From: Heteronotia binoei
Taxonomy: Eukaryota
Reading direction: 5' to 3'
Length of the DNA: 64,000 nucleotides
Assembly (NCBI RefSeq): GCF_032191835.1
Contig: NC_083232.1
Location: forward strand, 54,622,001 to 54,686,000
Shown here: one piece after another, positions 32,276 through 44,383 of the stretch
Position numbering within the stretch: the first letter of the stretch is position 1
How the letters are laid out: the number at the start of each line of letters is the position of its first letter
Position numbers and translations under genes: made by a program
Notes under the pieces: generated by a model
Told to the model about the DNA's origin: nothing
Databases searched by the model: none
Seen by the model: the letters and a program-made list of their open reading frames with translations, nothing else

Positions 32276-32330
32276 GGCAGGTTAAAGACATTTAATTACC
32301 TTAAATAATTGTGCCAGGCAAGAGCTAGCA

Positions 32331-32468
32331 CAGGGGTGGACAACGGTAGCTCTCCAGATGTTTTTTGCCTACAACTCCCATCAGCCTCAGCCAGCATGGC
32401 CAATGGTTGGGGCTGGTGGGAGTTGTAGGCAAAAAAAACACCTGGAGAGCTACCATTGACCACCCTTG
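32331..32468. mobile_element. Palindromic hAT-type MITE
   Basis: Nearly fully self-complementary; 8-bp TSD AGCTAGCA / ACCTAGCA (1 mismatch). Confidence 0.85.
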
Positions 32469-32552
32469 ACCTAGCAGATGGCAATGGAAGCTGTAAAGAA
32501 ATCTTTTTGCAGCTTCCACTGCATCTCATAGGTTTTCATAAATGACCTATGG

Positions 32553-33056
32553 CAGTGCCTCCCAATCTTTTTGACACCAGACCCAGTTTTGTGGAAAACA
32601 ATTTTTCTATGGACCAGTGGTGGTGGGGGGGTGGCACTGGGGTTTTGCCACTCCAGGCTGCCCCCCCTGCCTGCACCCTGTTTCTGCCCCACATGGGGAT
32701 CTTTAAATGGGGGGGGGGAGACTGGGGCTGCTTCTGCTGCCTCCCCGCTAGGCGACTAGGTGGCAGAAGTGGCCAATCTGCCTCCCCCTCACATTTAAAG
32801 ACCCCCCAATCAGCTGATCAGTGGGGGTCTATAAATGAAGGGTAGGTGAAGGTCACAGCAGTGCTGCACCTTCTGCCCGCCCAGGATTCAGGCATACAAA
32901 AGAGGTGGTACAACCTCGCTCCAAGGAGTGGAGCTGTGCTGTCTCTTTTGTCCGTTAGGGTCCTTGATGGGCAGCAGGGCTGCTCTGCCTTGTGGCCCAG
33001 TTGCTAACAGGCCACGGACTGGTACCAGTCCATGGTCCAGGGGTTGGGGACCCCTT
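32553..33056. mobile_element. Non-autonomous hAT element with MER1/Charlie3-like ends
   Basis: Left end ...CCCAATCTTTTTGACACCAGACCCAGTTTTGTGGAAAACAATTTTTCTATGGACC; right end CTAACAGGCCACGGACTGGTACCAGTCCATGGTCCAGGGGTTGGGGACCCC. Flanks ACCTATGG / ACGTATAG (6/8). Confidence 0.75.
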
Positions 33057-33784
33057 ACGTATAGGATATTTCAGATTCATCATGAGTCTGTTGCCACACT
33101 TGCTCTAGTCTTGTAATTATACATAAGTAAGTTCCTAAAAACAAAGCTCCTAAGATCATTATACAGTATATAAAAATTAAGAAGCAGGCTCATCCATTGA
33201 TGTACAATTTAAAATAATGTTCTAAAAGGGCAGCAGCCATATAGTTGGCTAGCTTTTGGAGGCTGATTTTACGGGAGAATGATGTTTGTGGAATTTGTTG
33301 CTGTGTTTTGTTCCAATGAAATAAAATATAAAACTATAGTTAACCAAACCAATTAATTAAATTCAGCCTTACCATGTACATATTTAAATATAGCATATTG
33401 ACATATCTGTTAAATCACAATGTAGACAGATGTTCTGTCCTTGAGCTATTTCTTTGCTAACTTCACTCGAAGATAGAATGACATCTATCTGTTTATATTT
33501 CAAGCTGTTTTTATTCTTCAGTATTCTTTATGGACCTATTTGCTATAGCACGGGTGTAAACATTAGCAGTTCTTAAAATTCCCCTTTTTTCTTGAGCTCT
33601 ATAACTGATCTTGAAATCAGGCCATTAAAGATGTGTAAAATCAGCTTATTTCTTCAGACAGTCTTAATTTTTGCTTAATAAACATCCGGTATTTAAAATT
33701 TTGGCCTTAATTTTCTCCAGTAACTATAACATTTAAAAAACTGTCGTGGTAACCAGTTTGTGCTTTCTTCTCATTTAATTCAAG

Positions 33785-33892
33785 GGTCACCTTCAGCTCA
33801 GTTTCTAGAATCTCCTGTTACCAGCACAGACCATCCTTTTTTAAGAGCATTCCAAGGACCTTCCATACAAACAAACTTCCAATTAACAGATG
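33785..33892 (+). CDS. FAM221A: FAM221A exon 5
   Basis: 108 nt, phase 1-1, SPSAQFLESPVTSTDHPFLRAFQGPSIQTNFQLTD(G); AAG acceptor, G|GTAATG donor. Confidence 0.88.
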
Positions 33893-34897
33893 GTAATGAG
33901 ATTACTGTGTGCATGTTTAAAATAGATTCAGGTGGTTAGGTGTGTTTATCTGAAGCAGCAGAACAAAGTTTGAGTCCAGTGTCACTTTTAAGACAACCAA
34001 GTTTTATTCTGGGTATATGTTTTTTGTATGGCTTAACTGACTGCATCACTAAGCTCTTTAAGAAGTTTATTTTGGAAGAAATGTTGCCTTTATTCTGAAG
34101 ACATAGGTGGCCAGATTTTAGTTTAGCACATGTTTAAAATGTGTTTATGTATCAATTTATGAAATAAACTAGGGGGGGCAATCCTAAACACGCCTATTCA
34201 GAATCCTTTTCAGGTATGTACAGTGGGCTTACAAAGGGGTTCTTAGGTCTGCACTGCAGGAGACTGGAATGCTTAGCTAAAGTACCTTGTACTGATTAGC
34301 AGCATTTACATACACATTGAACAGGTAAAGCATTCAGGGGATTAATGTCTATCAAGTACAGGAATTGCAGGACAGAAAAATGCACAATATTGAAAATGGA
34401 TTCTGCAGTCCTTGATATTCTCTTGAAACTAGCTGTTTTCCAGTGTATCTAGCTTCCAGTAGGCTGGTGGGAAGTAGGGAAAGAGGATGATTTGTGAGAA
34501 AATCCAGTGTACTCTGTACAAGGAATACTACTTTTTCTCACTTGCAATTTGTCTAGGACATGACTTACCAGTTGGAGTTGAATGTTTGTATGTTTTTGGC
34601 CTGAAGTATTAGGAATGAATAGTGGCAAATGAAGAGTTCGATTTTGAAATATTCCCATTACTACCAAACATCCAGTTTCATAGCAATAATGTTTTCATCT
34701 TACTCAGCAAACATGCTGGCTATAGAACACTAGTGACTCTAACAGTGTTTGTTTATGAATAAGTTTCTTTGATTTCAAAGAAACTTTCTTCTAAGGAAGT
34801 TTGCTTAGTATTTCAAATGAAACAAACAAATCAACCCACCCTCCCAAAACTAATAAAATTTAAAATACCTTTTAAAACATTTTTTTTAATTATTAAG

Positions 34898-34986
34898 GAG
34901 GTGCTAGTTCAGCAATGCAAGTTTCCAGTTTAAAAAGGCCTGAAGAAGATGACATGGCTTACTTTGAAAGGCAATATCAGGAACGG
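34898..34986 (+). CDS. FAM221A: FAM221A exon 6
   Basis: 89 nt (86 nt if the second AG is used), GASSAMQVSSLKRPEEDDMAYFERQYQER; CGG|GTATGT donor. Confidence 0.9.
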
Positions 34987-35758
34987 GTATGTGATTTCAT
35001 ACATAATTTAAAACATTTTTTTACCATTGAAAATAATTTCTTGAATGGCACACTTCAAACATTTTTTCTTTCCTCTTAATCATAGTTAAATATATATAAG
35101 AAAATTAGTATAGCAGAATGAAACAGCAAAGCAAAGAAGGGAGCTGTAAATCTGCTTTGACTTATAAAAGAGGAATTCCAGTTTTGATTGAAAAAACAGT
35201 GTTTTATTTGGCTTTTTAAAAAATTATATTCAAAATTATATGCTCCTTTAGATGATTTAATTCTGTTATGATACAGGAAGCAAAAACAATACCACTATAT
35301 TTATGACAGTGAAAAATGGTAGTTAGTAAAAACAACAAAAACAAAACCAACAAACTTTATACTAGTAGGCCAGACTAAATGATGTTAAAGAAAATGCATA
35401 AGAACTTTTGATTTAGGACTACCAACCAACTAAATTTCACCTGGACTTAAATGGAAAACTGACCAAAAAATACTACTGCTGGTTTTTGGAAGGAGTGTCC
35501 ATTGTTAGTATTTTCATGATATAAATACATGACGGGACAAAGAACTTAAAAATACAGCAATACTGCTCTCAGTCTCAGCCTTAACAAATCAAAATTTGCC
35601 CTGCTTCTTAATCAGCTAATTCAAGCTCAGGGCACTTTACACAATTCTCCTTCATTTTATCATCACAACCACTCTGTGAGGCTGGCTAGGTGGAGTGCCC
35701 ATTGTTGAAGTAATATTTGATTTTGTAGTTCCTTTCTTTCCCATTCTCTTCATTACAG

Positions 35759-35815
35759 ATGAAAAAAGAGAAGGCTGCAAAGAAGGGGAAAGGATCAGTA
35801 CCATCAAAGAATTAA
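35759..35815 (+). CDS. FAM221A: FAM221A exon 7 (to stop)
   Basis: MKKEKAAKKGKGSVPSKN-TAA after a strong polypyrimidine acceptor. Total CDS 891 nt (296 aa). AATAAA at 35938-35943. Confidence 0.9.
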   Translation: MKKEKAAKKGKGSVPSKN

Positions 35816-37837
35816 TGACAATAAATGCAACAAAGGAATTCATTATATTGTCTTTATAAGCATTTTATGTGTTTTCCTTAATGATTACACTATGTTTGTA
35901 TTTCTGTAATGGATTCTGCTGTACCCAAATACAATTAAATAAAACTGATAGTATCTGTCACTGTGTCTGTTTGTTCTCAGGAAATAATGTGAAATGTTAT
36001 CCAGTTAATTTGACATAGCCCCTTATACATACATCTTCAATCACACTCAACCAAAATCATCTCAAAAAGACTGCTAATTTTAATTACTTTTATTTAACTA
36101 AAAAACATAACCACAGTAGTTTAGTAACAATGTATTTTGTCATATTCAGCCAAAGCGGAAGATGGGTGATAAATAGGAGGCTGGTTTGATCAGTGTATGT
36201 ATTTATTGCATACAATCCTGTTGAGCCTGTGGCCACTTCTTGGACTGAGATGCGGGAGATAGTGCAGTCACAAAACGGTTCCTGTGGGGACTGAGCCCAA
36301 TCACAAAAATGGCTGCCAAAGGGTATAACACAATATGCTGGGAAACTGCAAGCTAAGTACCATCATATGATGAAGTCCACTGTCTTTAAATGAATGTCTT
36401 TAGGCACAAAGGTGATTGTTCCTGGGTTCTTCTGAAACACCCCGTACTACAATAAGGCACACGAATGTCAGCATTGGCTATTTGCTTTTGGCCAATTGGC
36501 ACCAGGAAACCATTACTGGGTGCAACACTGGGAATTGTTGAAATACAGGTTCATCGAGTACTTCCATTAAAGATTATAAATAAATAAATTCTAACGAGAT
36601 GTACAAAATAAATGCTGTGCAGCCTGATCCTGTAACATAACAATCTCAATACAATTCCACTTTATTCAGTGGGATTTATTGGAGTAATTACAGTCAGCAG
36701 AATTTATCTGTATTTGCTTATATTGCAGTACCACACAACACCCATTTATTGGTGCACTGATTGGGAGAAGAAAATGGCTTTTGTGCATGCATGTAGAGTT
36801 GCCAGTAGGCCTGAAGAAAAATATCCTGCCTCTTTAATAGAGGCTTAATGTGTGGAAATGAAGCTCTTAGCATGGAGATCAATAACATCACTGGGTAAAT
36901 AAGCTATTTAAGAGGGTAGGACATTTTTTTACAGGTAGTTGGCATTGCTATGCTACATACACACTGGTGAAGTATTCCACATAAACGTTATAAGTAAAAA
37001 CTTACAGTCTCACAAAATTATATGGGCAATGAGATTTTCTTCATTCGTCACTATTAGCCATATAGTCAGTAGGTACTAATAGCCTGTGGTACCTGTAAAA
37101 CCATATTTCATCCAGAACTCTTAAAATGTAATAAATATGTTAGCATAGATGAAGAGGATCAAATTTTCCTGGTGACAAAATATCATTTGAATGCTGGGGA
37201 AATGCAATATCCCCATTAACACAAGTGTTCTTGGGGAAAGACTGCATCCCAAGGAACAACTTGTTAAGCCTGTGGGCACTTCTTGGATAAGAAGCAGGAG
37301 ATAGTGTAGTCACAAAACGGTTCCTGTGGGGACTGGGCCCAATAAAATAAAACATGACTGGAAAGAACAATGCTGCAGTCTATATACTAACAGCAGCCTT
37401 GTGGACACAAACATTTTAAATATTTGAACAACTGGCAATCTAGTTTTGCAGAAAAGATCTTGATTAAGGATCTTGATTTTTTTTAAAAACATCCTTAATA
37501 ACCCTGTGAAAATTAATTCAATAGAAAACAATGCATATGCATTATGTATGACTGGGCAGCTGAAGCTTTTCATGACAGCATTAAGTAAATGACATCTCAT
37601 TAAGCCTATATTAATGGAGCAGGTCACTTTCTCCAAGTAGTTAGCAACCCTAAGTGCACCAGGATCTCACCTTTTGTAGGGCAATACAAAGCAGTTGCTA
37701 TGACAGACCAAGGAATCTAAAAGGCAAATTAAGAGGTCAAATATCAATGCAGTGCATTTGAACCTGGCCTTTCTAAAAGGAGTTGAGGGTAGTGTACACA
37801 GTTCCCCATTTTATCCTCAGAACAATATTGTTTAGTA

Positions 37838-38451
37838 CAGGGGTGTTGAATTAATTTGGTTACAAGGGCCAGATCTGACAAAAATTGAGACCTTGTCAGG
37901 CTGGACCATGTGCATCATAAAATGTAATGCCAGATAGCAGATATATAAACTTTATAAAGGACAAACAAAGATTTTTTTAAAATATGCTTAAAAGATAAAA
38001 CACTCTTGCAATATTTTGTTTATTTAACAGTCTCTGATAACTGACACCTCTTGCTCTGAATTATTGCATCAAAATCTGGAAACAATGTCTGTGCTGTAGC
38101 AATCTTGAGTATGCTGTTCAGCTGCTGTTCAGGTGTGTGTGTGTAAGTTGCAAACCTACTTTTTATTTATTGACATTAATTACAGAAATCTCATGGTTAA
38201 TGCTTTGAGCCTAAGAACCCAGGGAAACACATGAAATGGCTGGACATTGAGTTTTTGTGCATAAGTTGCTTCATGTGCTGGTCAGCCAATGGAGAAAATA
38301 AAGGCTTTGCTTTGTAGCTCCTGTGCAATTGAACAAGCCTGGCAAAGCTAGCTGTGATGCAGAAGGAAGCAAGAGAGAGAGAAGGAAGCAGATGACAGTG
38401 AGGTGCTCATGTGCCTGATTTGGCCCTTGGGCCGCATGTTTAACACCCTTG
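37838..38451. mobile_element. Non-autonomous hAT element (CAGGGGTGTC family), about 610 bp
   Basis: Inverted ends CAGGGGTGTT / AACACCCTTG; colinear with the copy at 59603-60233. Flanks GTTTAGTA / GGCTAGTA. Confidence 0.8.
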
Positions 38452-39229
38452 GGCTAGTAGATTGGGCTGAGAGCAACCCAGGTCCCTCAGCAAATTTCAG
38501 GTCACAAAGATTTAACCTGGTCTCTGAAGACACTAGTCTGACACATTAACCAATAGACCACATTGTCATTAATGGAGTACACTCATTTTACTAATTAGAA
38601 GCTTTTAAAAATAAGCATGAAGTGATATTTCAGCAGTACTTAGTATTTGCTTTTGTGTGCTTGTTGAGATATAAAGGCCCAGTTTGAATGCAATGCAGAT
38701 GTACTGTCTACACACATTTCTTTGGGTGTAAGTCCCATTTAACTGAGAAGGTTCTGAGGAAACATGCAAATAGCAGTTATAGCTGCAATTGCATTCACCG
38801 AGGTAAGAGTGAGAACCTGAAAGACCATCTTCAACCATCCATCCATTCTGGTCATTCTTGGAGGCCCTGCTTCAATTGCTCCTACCATCTGAGGCTAGAC
38901 AGTTGGCAACCTGAGGAAGGGCCTCCTCCTAGGTCTTTGCAGGAAAACGTGGGAACTCCCTCAGGGGGAAGATTGGTTGTCTTCTACCCGCGGATGAAGA
39001 CTTCTTTTGTTTGACAGGTCCCCTTCATTAGCTTCTATTAGCCCTCCTCCCTGTCTGTGTTTTACATGTTTTGTTTTAAGTATCGTGCGCATAGTTTAAA
39101 TGCTTTTTAGTATTGAAATATTTGTTGCTTTGGGGTCTGGGGACCCCTGAACCGGGTAAAAAGGTGGCAGGAAATGTTTTGGCTAAATAAACCTTTACGG
39201 AAGACCCTGCAGAATTCAGTGGACGCTCC

Positions 39230-40070
39230 TCAGAAAAGTAACATACAAAAATGGCGCCACATTATTGAACGAGCTAAGCAGGGATCGAAAGCCATTAGGC
39301 AGTGTCTTTGAATTTACCGAGGATCTTTCTGTCCGCTCTAGTCGGTGCTTCGGCACAGCGGACCATTCTTTAGTGTCTTTAATCCCTCAATACATATGCG
39401 GGACTTTGTTGGTCGCCTGTCGCTTTTCATTGCCTGTGCGCTGCAGAGCGAGGCTGCTTTTCAGCCAGCTGCGTTCCGCCTCCTTCTTTCTTCTTTCGGT
39501 TTGTGGAGCCTAGTTACATAGATGACAGAGGGACAAGTTAGGCAAAGGATAGCTAAAATGCCGGCGGCCGAGTGTCAAGGAAATGTTATCTTAGACGGCA
39601 ACCCAATCTATTTGGAAGTCGAAGGAGAACGTATTTAACAGGATTTTCTGTAGCTTAACTCGCCAGTCTGCCTTCCAAAGCTATAACCCCATGTAAGCAA
39701 GCGCCACGGCTAAGGGGAGGGAGGGGCAATAGCAACGTCGAAAGGGAGTTTGCGCGCGACACCGCCTCTTTCTTTCGCGTTTAGCCGGGGCCGAGGCTCG
39801 CGGGCCTCGAGGAGCGGAAAAGAGGCATGTGCTGGTTTCGTCGGCAGGTCTCCTGTGGCGATTGGGGTTTTTAGCCGTTGCAGGCAGTGACCGTCTTCTC
39901 GATATTTGTAGGGGAAAGTGCATTTGTCTTCCTTTTACCATCGGGAGGAGGAGGTTTATCTTGTTGCGACAGAACAGTGTGGCTATCAAAACTGGGGAGT
40001 AAAAGACGAACCTAGGGAAGGTCACGTTCTCCTTCCCGCAGCCATTTTTTTTCTTTGTGCACAGGTGTGC
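39230..40070 (+). promoter_or_regulatory. STK31: CpG island: probable STK31 promoter and first exon
   Basis: The only clearly CpG-rich region between the FAM221A 3' end and the first STK31 coding exon. YY1-type AAAATGGCG at 39248-39256; candidate donors at 39631 and 39693. Confidence 0.6.
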
Positions 40071-40911
40071 TTTTGAACTGTTGTAACTTAATGTGTCCTT
40101 CAGCAATTTGAATTTCACGGAGGAGTTGTTTGGTTCCCCCGGCTACCTCCCTCACAATTTTTGTGTGAATTGCACTTTTAAAGTTTGAGGGAAACAGCGA
40201 GATTGTCTGAGGGCAGGATCTTGCTAATATATGGAATAGGTGGTCGAGTTGAGTGGAACTTTAAATTGTGCAAAGTATTTCATAGCTCAGCGTTCCTGTA
40301 TGACAAGGGAAAGGCTCAGGCCTAAGAATGACTTGCATCAGGCTGTCTAGTCAAAATTTTAGTTGAGGTGAGATTTAGGCCTGGCTGCTTACGCGCTTAC
40401 ACTCTATTTACCATGAAAATTGGGTTTGTCTTCGCTTTCTTACAGCATGTTCTACTGCAGAGCGTTTTTTACTGATTGTGTTGTATGCACCTGTCTTCCT
40501 CTGGGACATCTCCCCCTCTCCAGATACAGTGATTATCTTGGCATTTAGTAAAACAAGTGGGGTGAGGAACCCACAAGGACAGGGGTGGGGGGGGGGGGTT
40601 ACATCATTGTTCTCTCCCCAACTATTTTCATCCTTCCCTGAAAGCCCTATAGAACCTTTTCCTGTTTCCTTTTCTTCTTCCCACCCATCAGCCAGCTCAC
40701 CATTTGTCTTCCCCATCTTTAGTTGTATTTATTATTTATTTACCTCATTTACTCCCCCTTTCTTTGTAATGGTGATCCAAAGCAGTTTACATAATTTTCT
40801 TCCATTTTATCCTCATAACAACCCCATGAGGTAGGTTAGGCTTTGTGTGTGTGAATGGCCCAAGGTCACGCAGTGAGCTTCCAGGGCAGAATGAGGATTC
40901 AGGCCTGAGTC

Positions 40912-41346
40912 TAGGGCTGCCAATCCCCGGGTGGGGGCAGAGGTCCTCCCCCTGCTTCAGGGTCATCAAAAAATGTCTTCTGGGCACTCCATTATTCCTT
41001 ATGGAGACCAATTCTCATAAGATATAATGGATAATTGATCCATGGGGCGCTGGGGGGACATTTTTTGAGGTAGGTGCACCAAATTTGCAGCATAGCATCT
41101 GATGCCTCTCCTCAAGACACCCTCAAAATTTCAAAAGGATTGGACCAGGGCATCCGATTCTATGAGCCCCCAAAGAAGGTGCCCCTTCATTATTTCCAGT
41201 GGAGGAAAGGCATTTAAAAGATATACAGTCCCTTTAAATGTGATGGCCAGAACTCCCTTTGGAGTTCAATTATGCTTGTCACAACCCTGCTCCTGGCTTC
41301 ACCGCCAAATCCTCAGATATTTCTTGAATTGGACTTGGCAGCCCTA
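40912..41346. mobile_element. Non-autonomous hAT element (435 bp) nested in a SINE
   Basis: Perfect 12-bp TIR TAGGGCTGCCAA / TTGGCAGCCCTA and perfect 8-bp TSD CCTGAGTC (40904-40911, 41347-41354). SINE sequence continues on both sides. Confidence 0.93.
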
Positions 41347-41539
41347 CCTGAGTCTCCCAGATGCTAGCCCGAAATGCTAAGCACTACACTGGCTGCTGGT
41401 GACCAGTAGGAAGTGGCCAGGTGTGGGTGAGTCATGCAGGTCATGTATCGAAGGCCTAAAAGAGCACTGCTCTCCTTTTTTGCTGACGAAATGTGGTTAC
41501 CTAGCAGTGTCCTCTGAGAGCATTTGTTTTTATAATGAC

Positions 41540-42000
41540 ATTTATTTATTTATTTATTTAGGCAATTTATATTCCACCCTTTCCCAAAAACAGGCCCAGG
41601 GTGGATAACAGCATTCTAAAAACAGTATAAAACAACAGTTAAAACTAGATTGATATGACCAATACAATTTGACAGATCATAAGTTAAACTGGTGGCTCAA
41701 TTGGGCACATTTTATATATGCTCAGGGTCTAGAACAGTGAATAATGTAAAATTAATCTTACAGCAGCGGTTGTATTCACAGCATAGGGTCGACCAGTGGA
41801 ATAGGGTCGACCAGCCTGAATCAAAGACCTGGTGGAATAGCTGTGTTTTGCAGGCCCTGTGGAAAGGTAGCAATTCCGTAAGGGCCTAGATCTCTAGGGG
41901 GAGCAGATTCCACCAGGCTGGGGCCAAGGCTGAAAAGGCCCTGGCCCTGGCCGAGGCAAGTGGGACGTCCTTTAGGTCAGGGATGGTCAGCAGTTGTTGT
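41540..42000 (-). mobile_element. L2 LINE 3' end fragment
   Basis: (TTTA)n tail followed by ATTTATATTCCACCCT...CCCAGGGTGG and ATTCCACCAGGCTGGGGCC...GAAAAGGCCCTG, typical of the squamate L2 3' end on the minus strand. Confidence 0.65.
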
Positions 42001-42237
42001 GTCTCGGATTGTGCCCCTGAGTGATGGTTTCTCCCCAAGAAAAATTGTATAGGGCTTTGTCAGTATTTCAAGAACTTCATTTTTGGGTACTCTGTATGGA
42101 AACCCACCCTATAAGCTGGCACACACACATATTGCAGAGATGTGTTTGAATTTGCTTATATCCTGTTTTTCTCCCTGGTTGGGACTCAACGTGACTTAGA
42201 ACATTGTTTTTCCCTCCTCTGTTCTCTCACAAGATTA

Positions 42238-42531
42238 AAAAGGTAAAGGTAGTCAACTGTGCAAGCACCAGTCGTTTTCGACTCTGGGGTGACGTTGCTT
42301 TCACAACGTTTTCACGGCAGACTTTTTACGGGGTGGTTTGCCATTCCCTCCTCAATCATCTACACTTTCTCCCCAGCAAGCTGGGTACTCATTTTACCGA
42401 CCTTGGAAGGTTGAAAGGCTGAGTCAACCTGGAGCTGGCTACTTGAACCAGCTTTCGCTGGGATTGAACTCAGGTCGGGAGTAGAGGGCTCCGACTGCAG
42501 TACTGCAGATTTACCACTCTGCGCCGTGGGA
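42238..42531 (-). mobile_element. Full-length tRNA-headed SINE with BovB-type (ACCTTT)n tail (Sauria/Squam-like)
   Basis: Minus strand: A and B boxes, central GGTTGACTCAGCCTTTCAACCTTCCAAGGTCGGTAAAATGAGTACCCAGC, and a CAGAGTCG...ACCTTTACCTTT tail. Confidence 0.88.
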
Positions 42532-43149
42532 TCTGCTGTAACATTAATTTCAGCCAGGCTGAAAGTTTGTGTCAGGCCGATTGAGCTTCCACAGTAGAAG
42601 TGGGGATTTGAACCCAGGTTTTCCAGGATCCTAGTCAGACACTGTTATCCATTGTGCCATACTGGCTCTTGTGAGTTAGAATTAGGCTGAATCTGTTTAT
42701 GGTGAAGAGAGATCTGCAGGTGAAGTAGAAATAATATTAATAAACTAGTTTAGTGTGTACCCTATTTGCTGGTACGGTAGGAGTCTGATTTTTAGAACCT
42801 TTTCCTCCCCCCCCCCCATTGAGTTAATACCTATTACTGGAATTTGGCTTTGAAGTGAAAAATTGAGGGATCATTGCCTCTGCATGTTGTTTGTTCTAAA
42901 ACCTGCCCCTTCATTTTTTCTGTGACCGAAGCAGATTTGGATTTCTGCAAAAGCTTCTGTTAGCATTGCATCCAGTCTGCCCCTGAAAGTGGAATCTGCA
43001 GTTCATACCTCTAGCAGCCACATTGCACAGAAATGCACAAAAATTAAAATGCATACATATTAGATGGGGGATACACTTCTGAGTAGCAGTGTGTGAAGCA
43101 AAATCCTTGAGTATGAGTGGACTATAAGCTAAATCTGAGCAGTTAGTGT

Positions 43150-43720
43150 GATGCAATGGCAAAAAGAGCTAATGTGACCTTGGGGTGTATCAGCAGAGGT
43201 ATAACATCCAAATCATGAGATGTCATAGACCTGCTGTATACTGCATTGCTCAGTCCATATCTGGAATTCTGTGTGCAGTTCTGGAAGTCTCACTTTAAAA
43301 AGGAAGTGGACAGAATGGAGCAGGTGCAGTAGAGTGTGATGAGAATGATCAGGGGCCAGAAGATGAAGCCCTGTGAAGAAAGCTGAGGGACTTGGGGTTG
43401 TTCATTCTGGAGAAGTGGGGAGGGGCATGACTGCTTTCTAAATATTTGCAAGACTGTCACTTAGAGGAGGGCAGGGAACTGTGTCTGTTGGCAGCAGAGG
43501 ATAGCACTCACAATAAGGGTTTAAATTATGGGCAGAAAAGTACCAACTAGATATTAGGAGGTCCCCCCCCCCCATAAGAGTAGTTACATCAGTGGGACTG
43601 GCTGCCTAGGAAGGTGGTGAGTTCCCCCTCACTAATAGTCTTCAGGCAGTGGCTGGATGAACACTTGTTAGGAAGTTGATCCTGCATTGAGCAGGAAGTG
43701 GGACCAGACAGCCTGTATGG
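43150..43720 (+). mobile_element. CR1 LINE 3' fragment
   Basis: Decayed CR1 RT C-terminal region (TTCTGTGTGCAGTTCTGG...CACTTTAAAAAGGA...GGAGCAGGTGCAG) and a tail ending in (AATTCT)n-like repeats. Confidence 0.8.
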
Positions 43721-44245
43721 ATTCTTCTAATAATTCTAATTCTAATAATTCACTTTACCAGCAACTCATTGGTGATGTTGTAAATTGATCCCCATTTTGA
43801 AGAAAGATTGTTTAGATACCTTATTTCTACCCTGCTTTTTTCCACAGAAGGGACTCAAAGTGGCTTGCACCATCATTCTGTCCTCCTTAATTTTATCCCC
43901 ACAACAACCCTTTGAGGTAATTCAGAGAGAAAGAGTGAGGAACTCTGAGGGAAAGCGCATGGATATTTAGTGAGGTTCCGTAACAGAATAGGGATTCAAA
44001 CTTGAGTCTGCAATTCATATATGGAATTCACTGATTTAAAATGTAGTGGACATCTTGAGAGGGAATTAAATTACTTGGTAGGCTTATCATTGGCCATGAT
44101 TTTCAAGTGAATCCACTTTTTAATTAAATATTGAATACCAATTGTTTAGGAAAGCTAGGGGAGGCAGTTGCCTTCATGCCCTTCTTGTAGGCTTCTTGGA
44201 AGCATTTGGCTGTTCCCTCTGTGGAAATGGGATAATGGCCTAGAT

Positions 44246-44383
44246 CAGGGGTGGCCAGCGGTAGCTCTCCAGATGTTTTTTGCCTACAACTCTCATCAGC
44301 CCCAGCCATTGGCCATGCTGGCTGGGGCTGATGGGAGTTGTAGGCAAAAAAAACATCTGGAGAGCCACCGTTGGCCACCCCTG
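44246..44383. mobile_element. Palindromic hAT-type MITE
   Basis: Self-complementary 138 bp; TSD GCCTAGAT / GGCTAGAT (1 mismatch). Confidence 0.88.

Noticed and set aside
39681-40118. 145-aa minus-strand ORF in the STK31 CpG island
   Set aside because: Low-complexity Arg/Pro/Ala product typical of GC-rich promoter DNA; no homology recognised.
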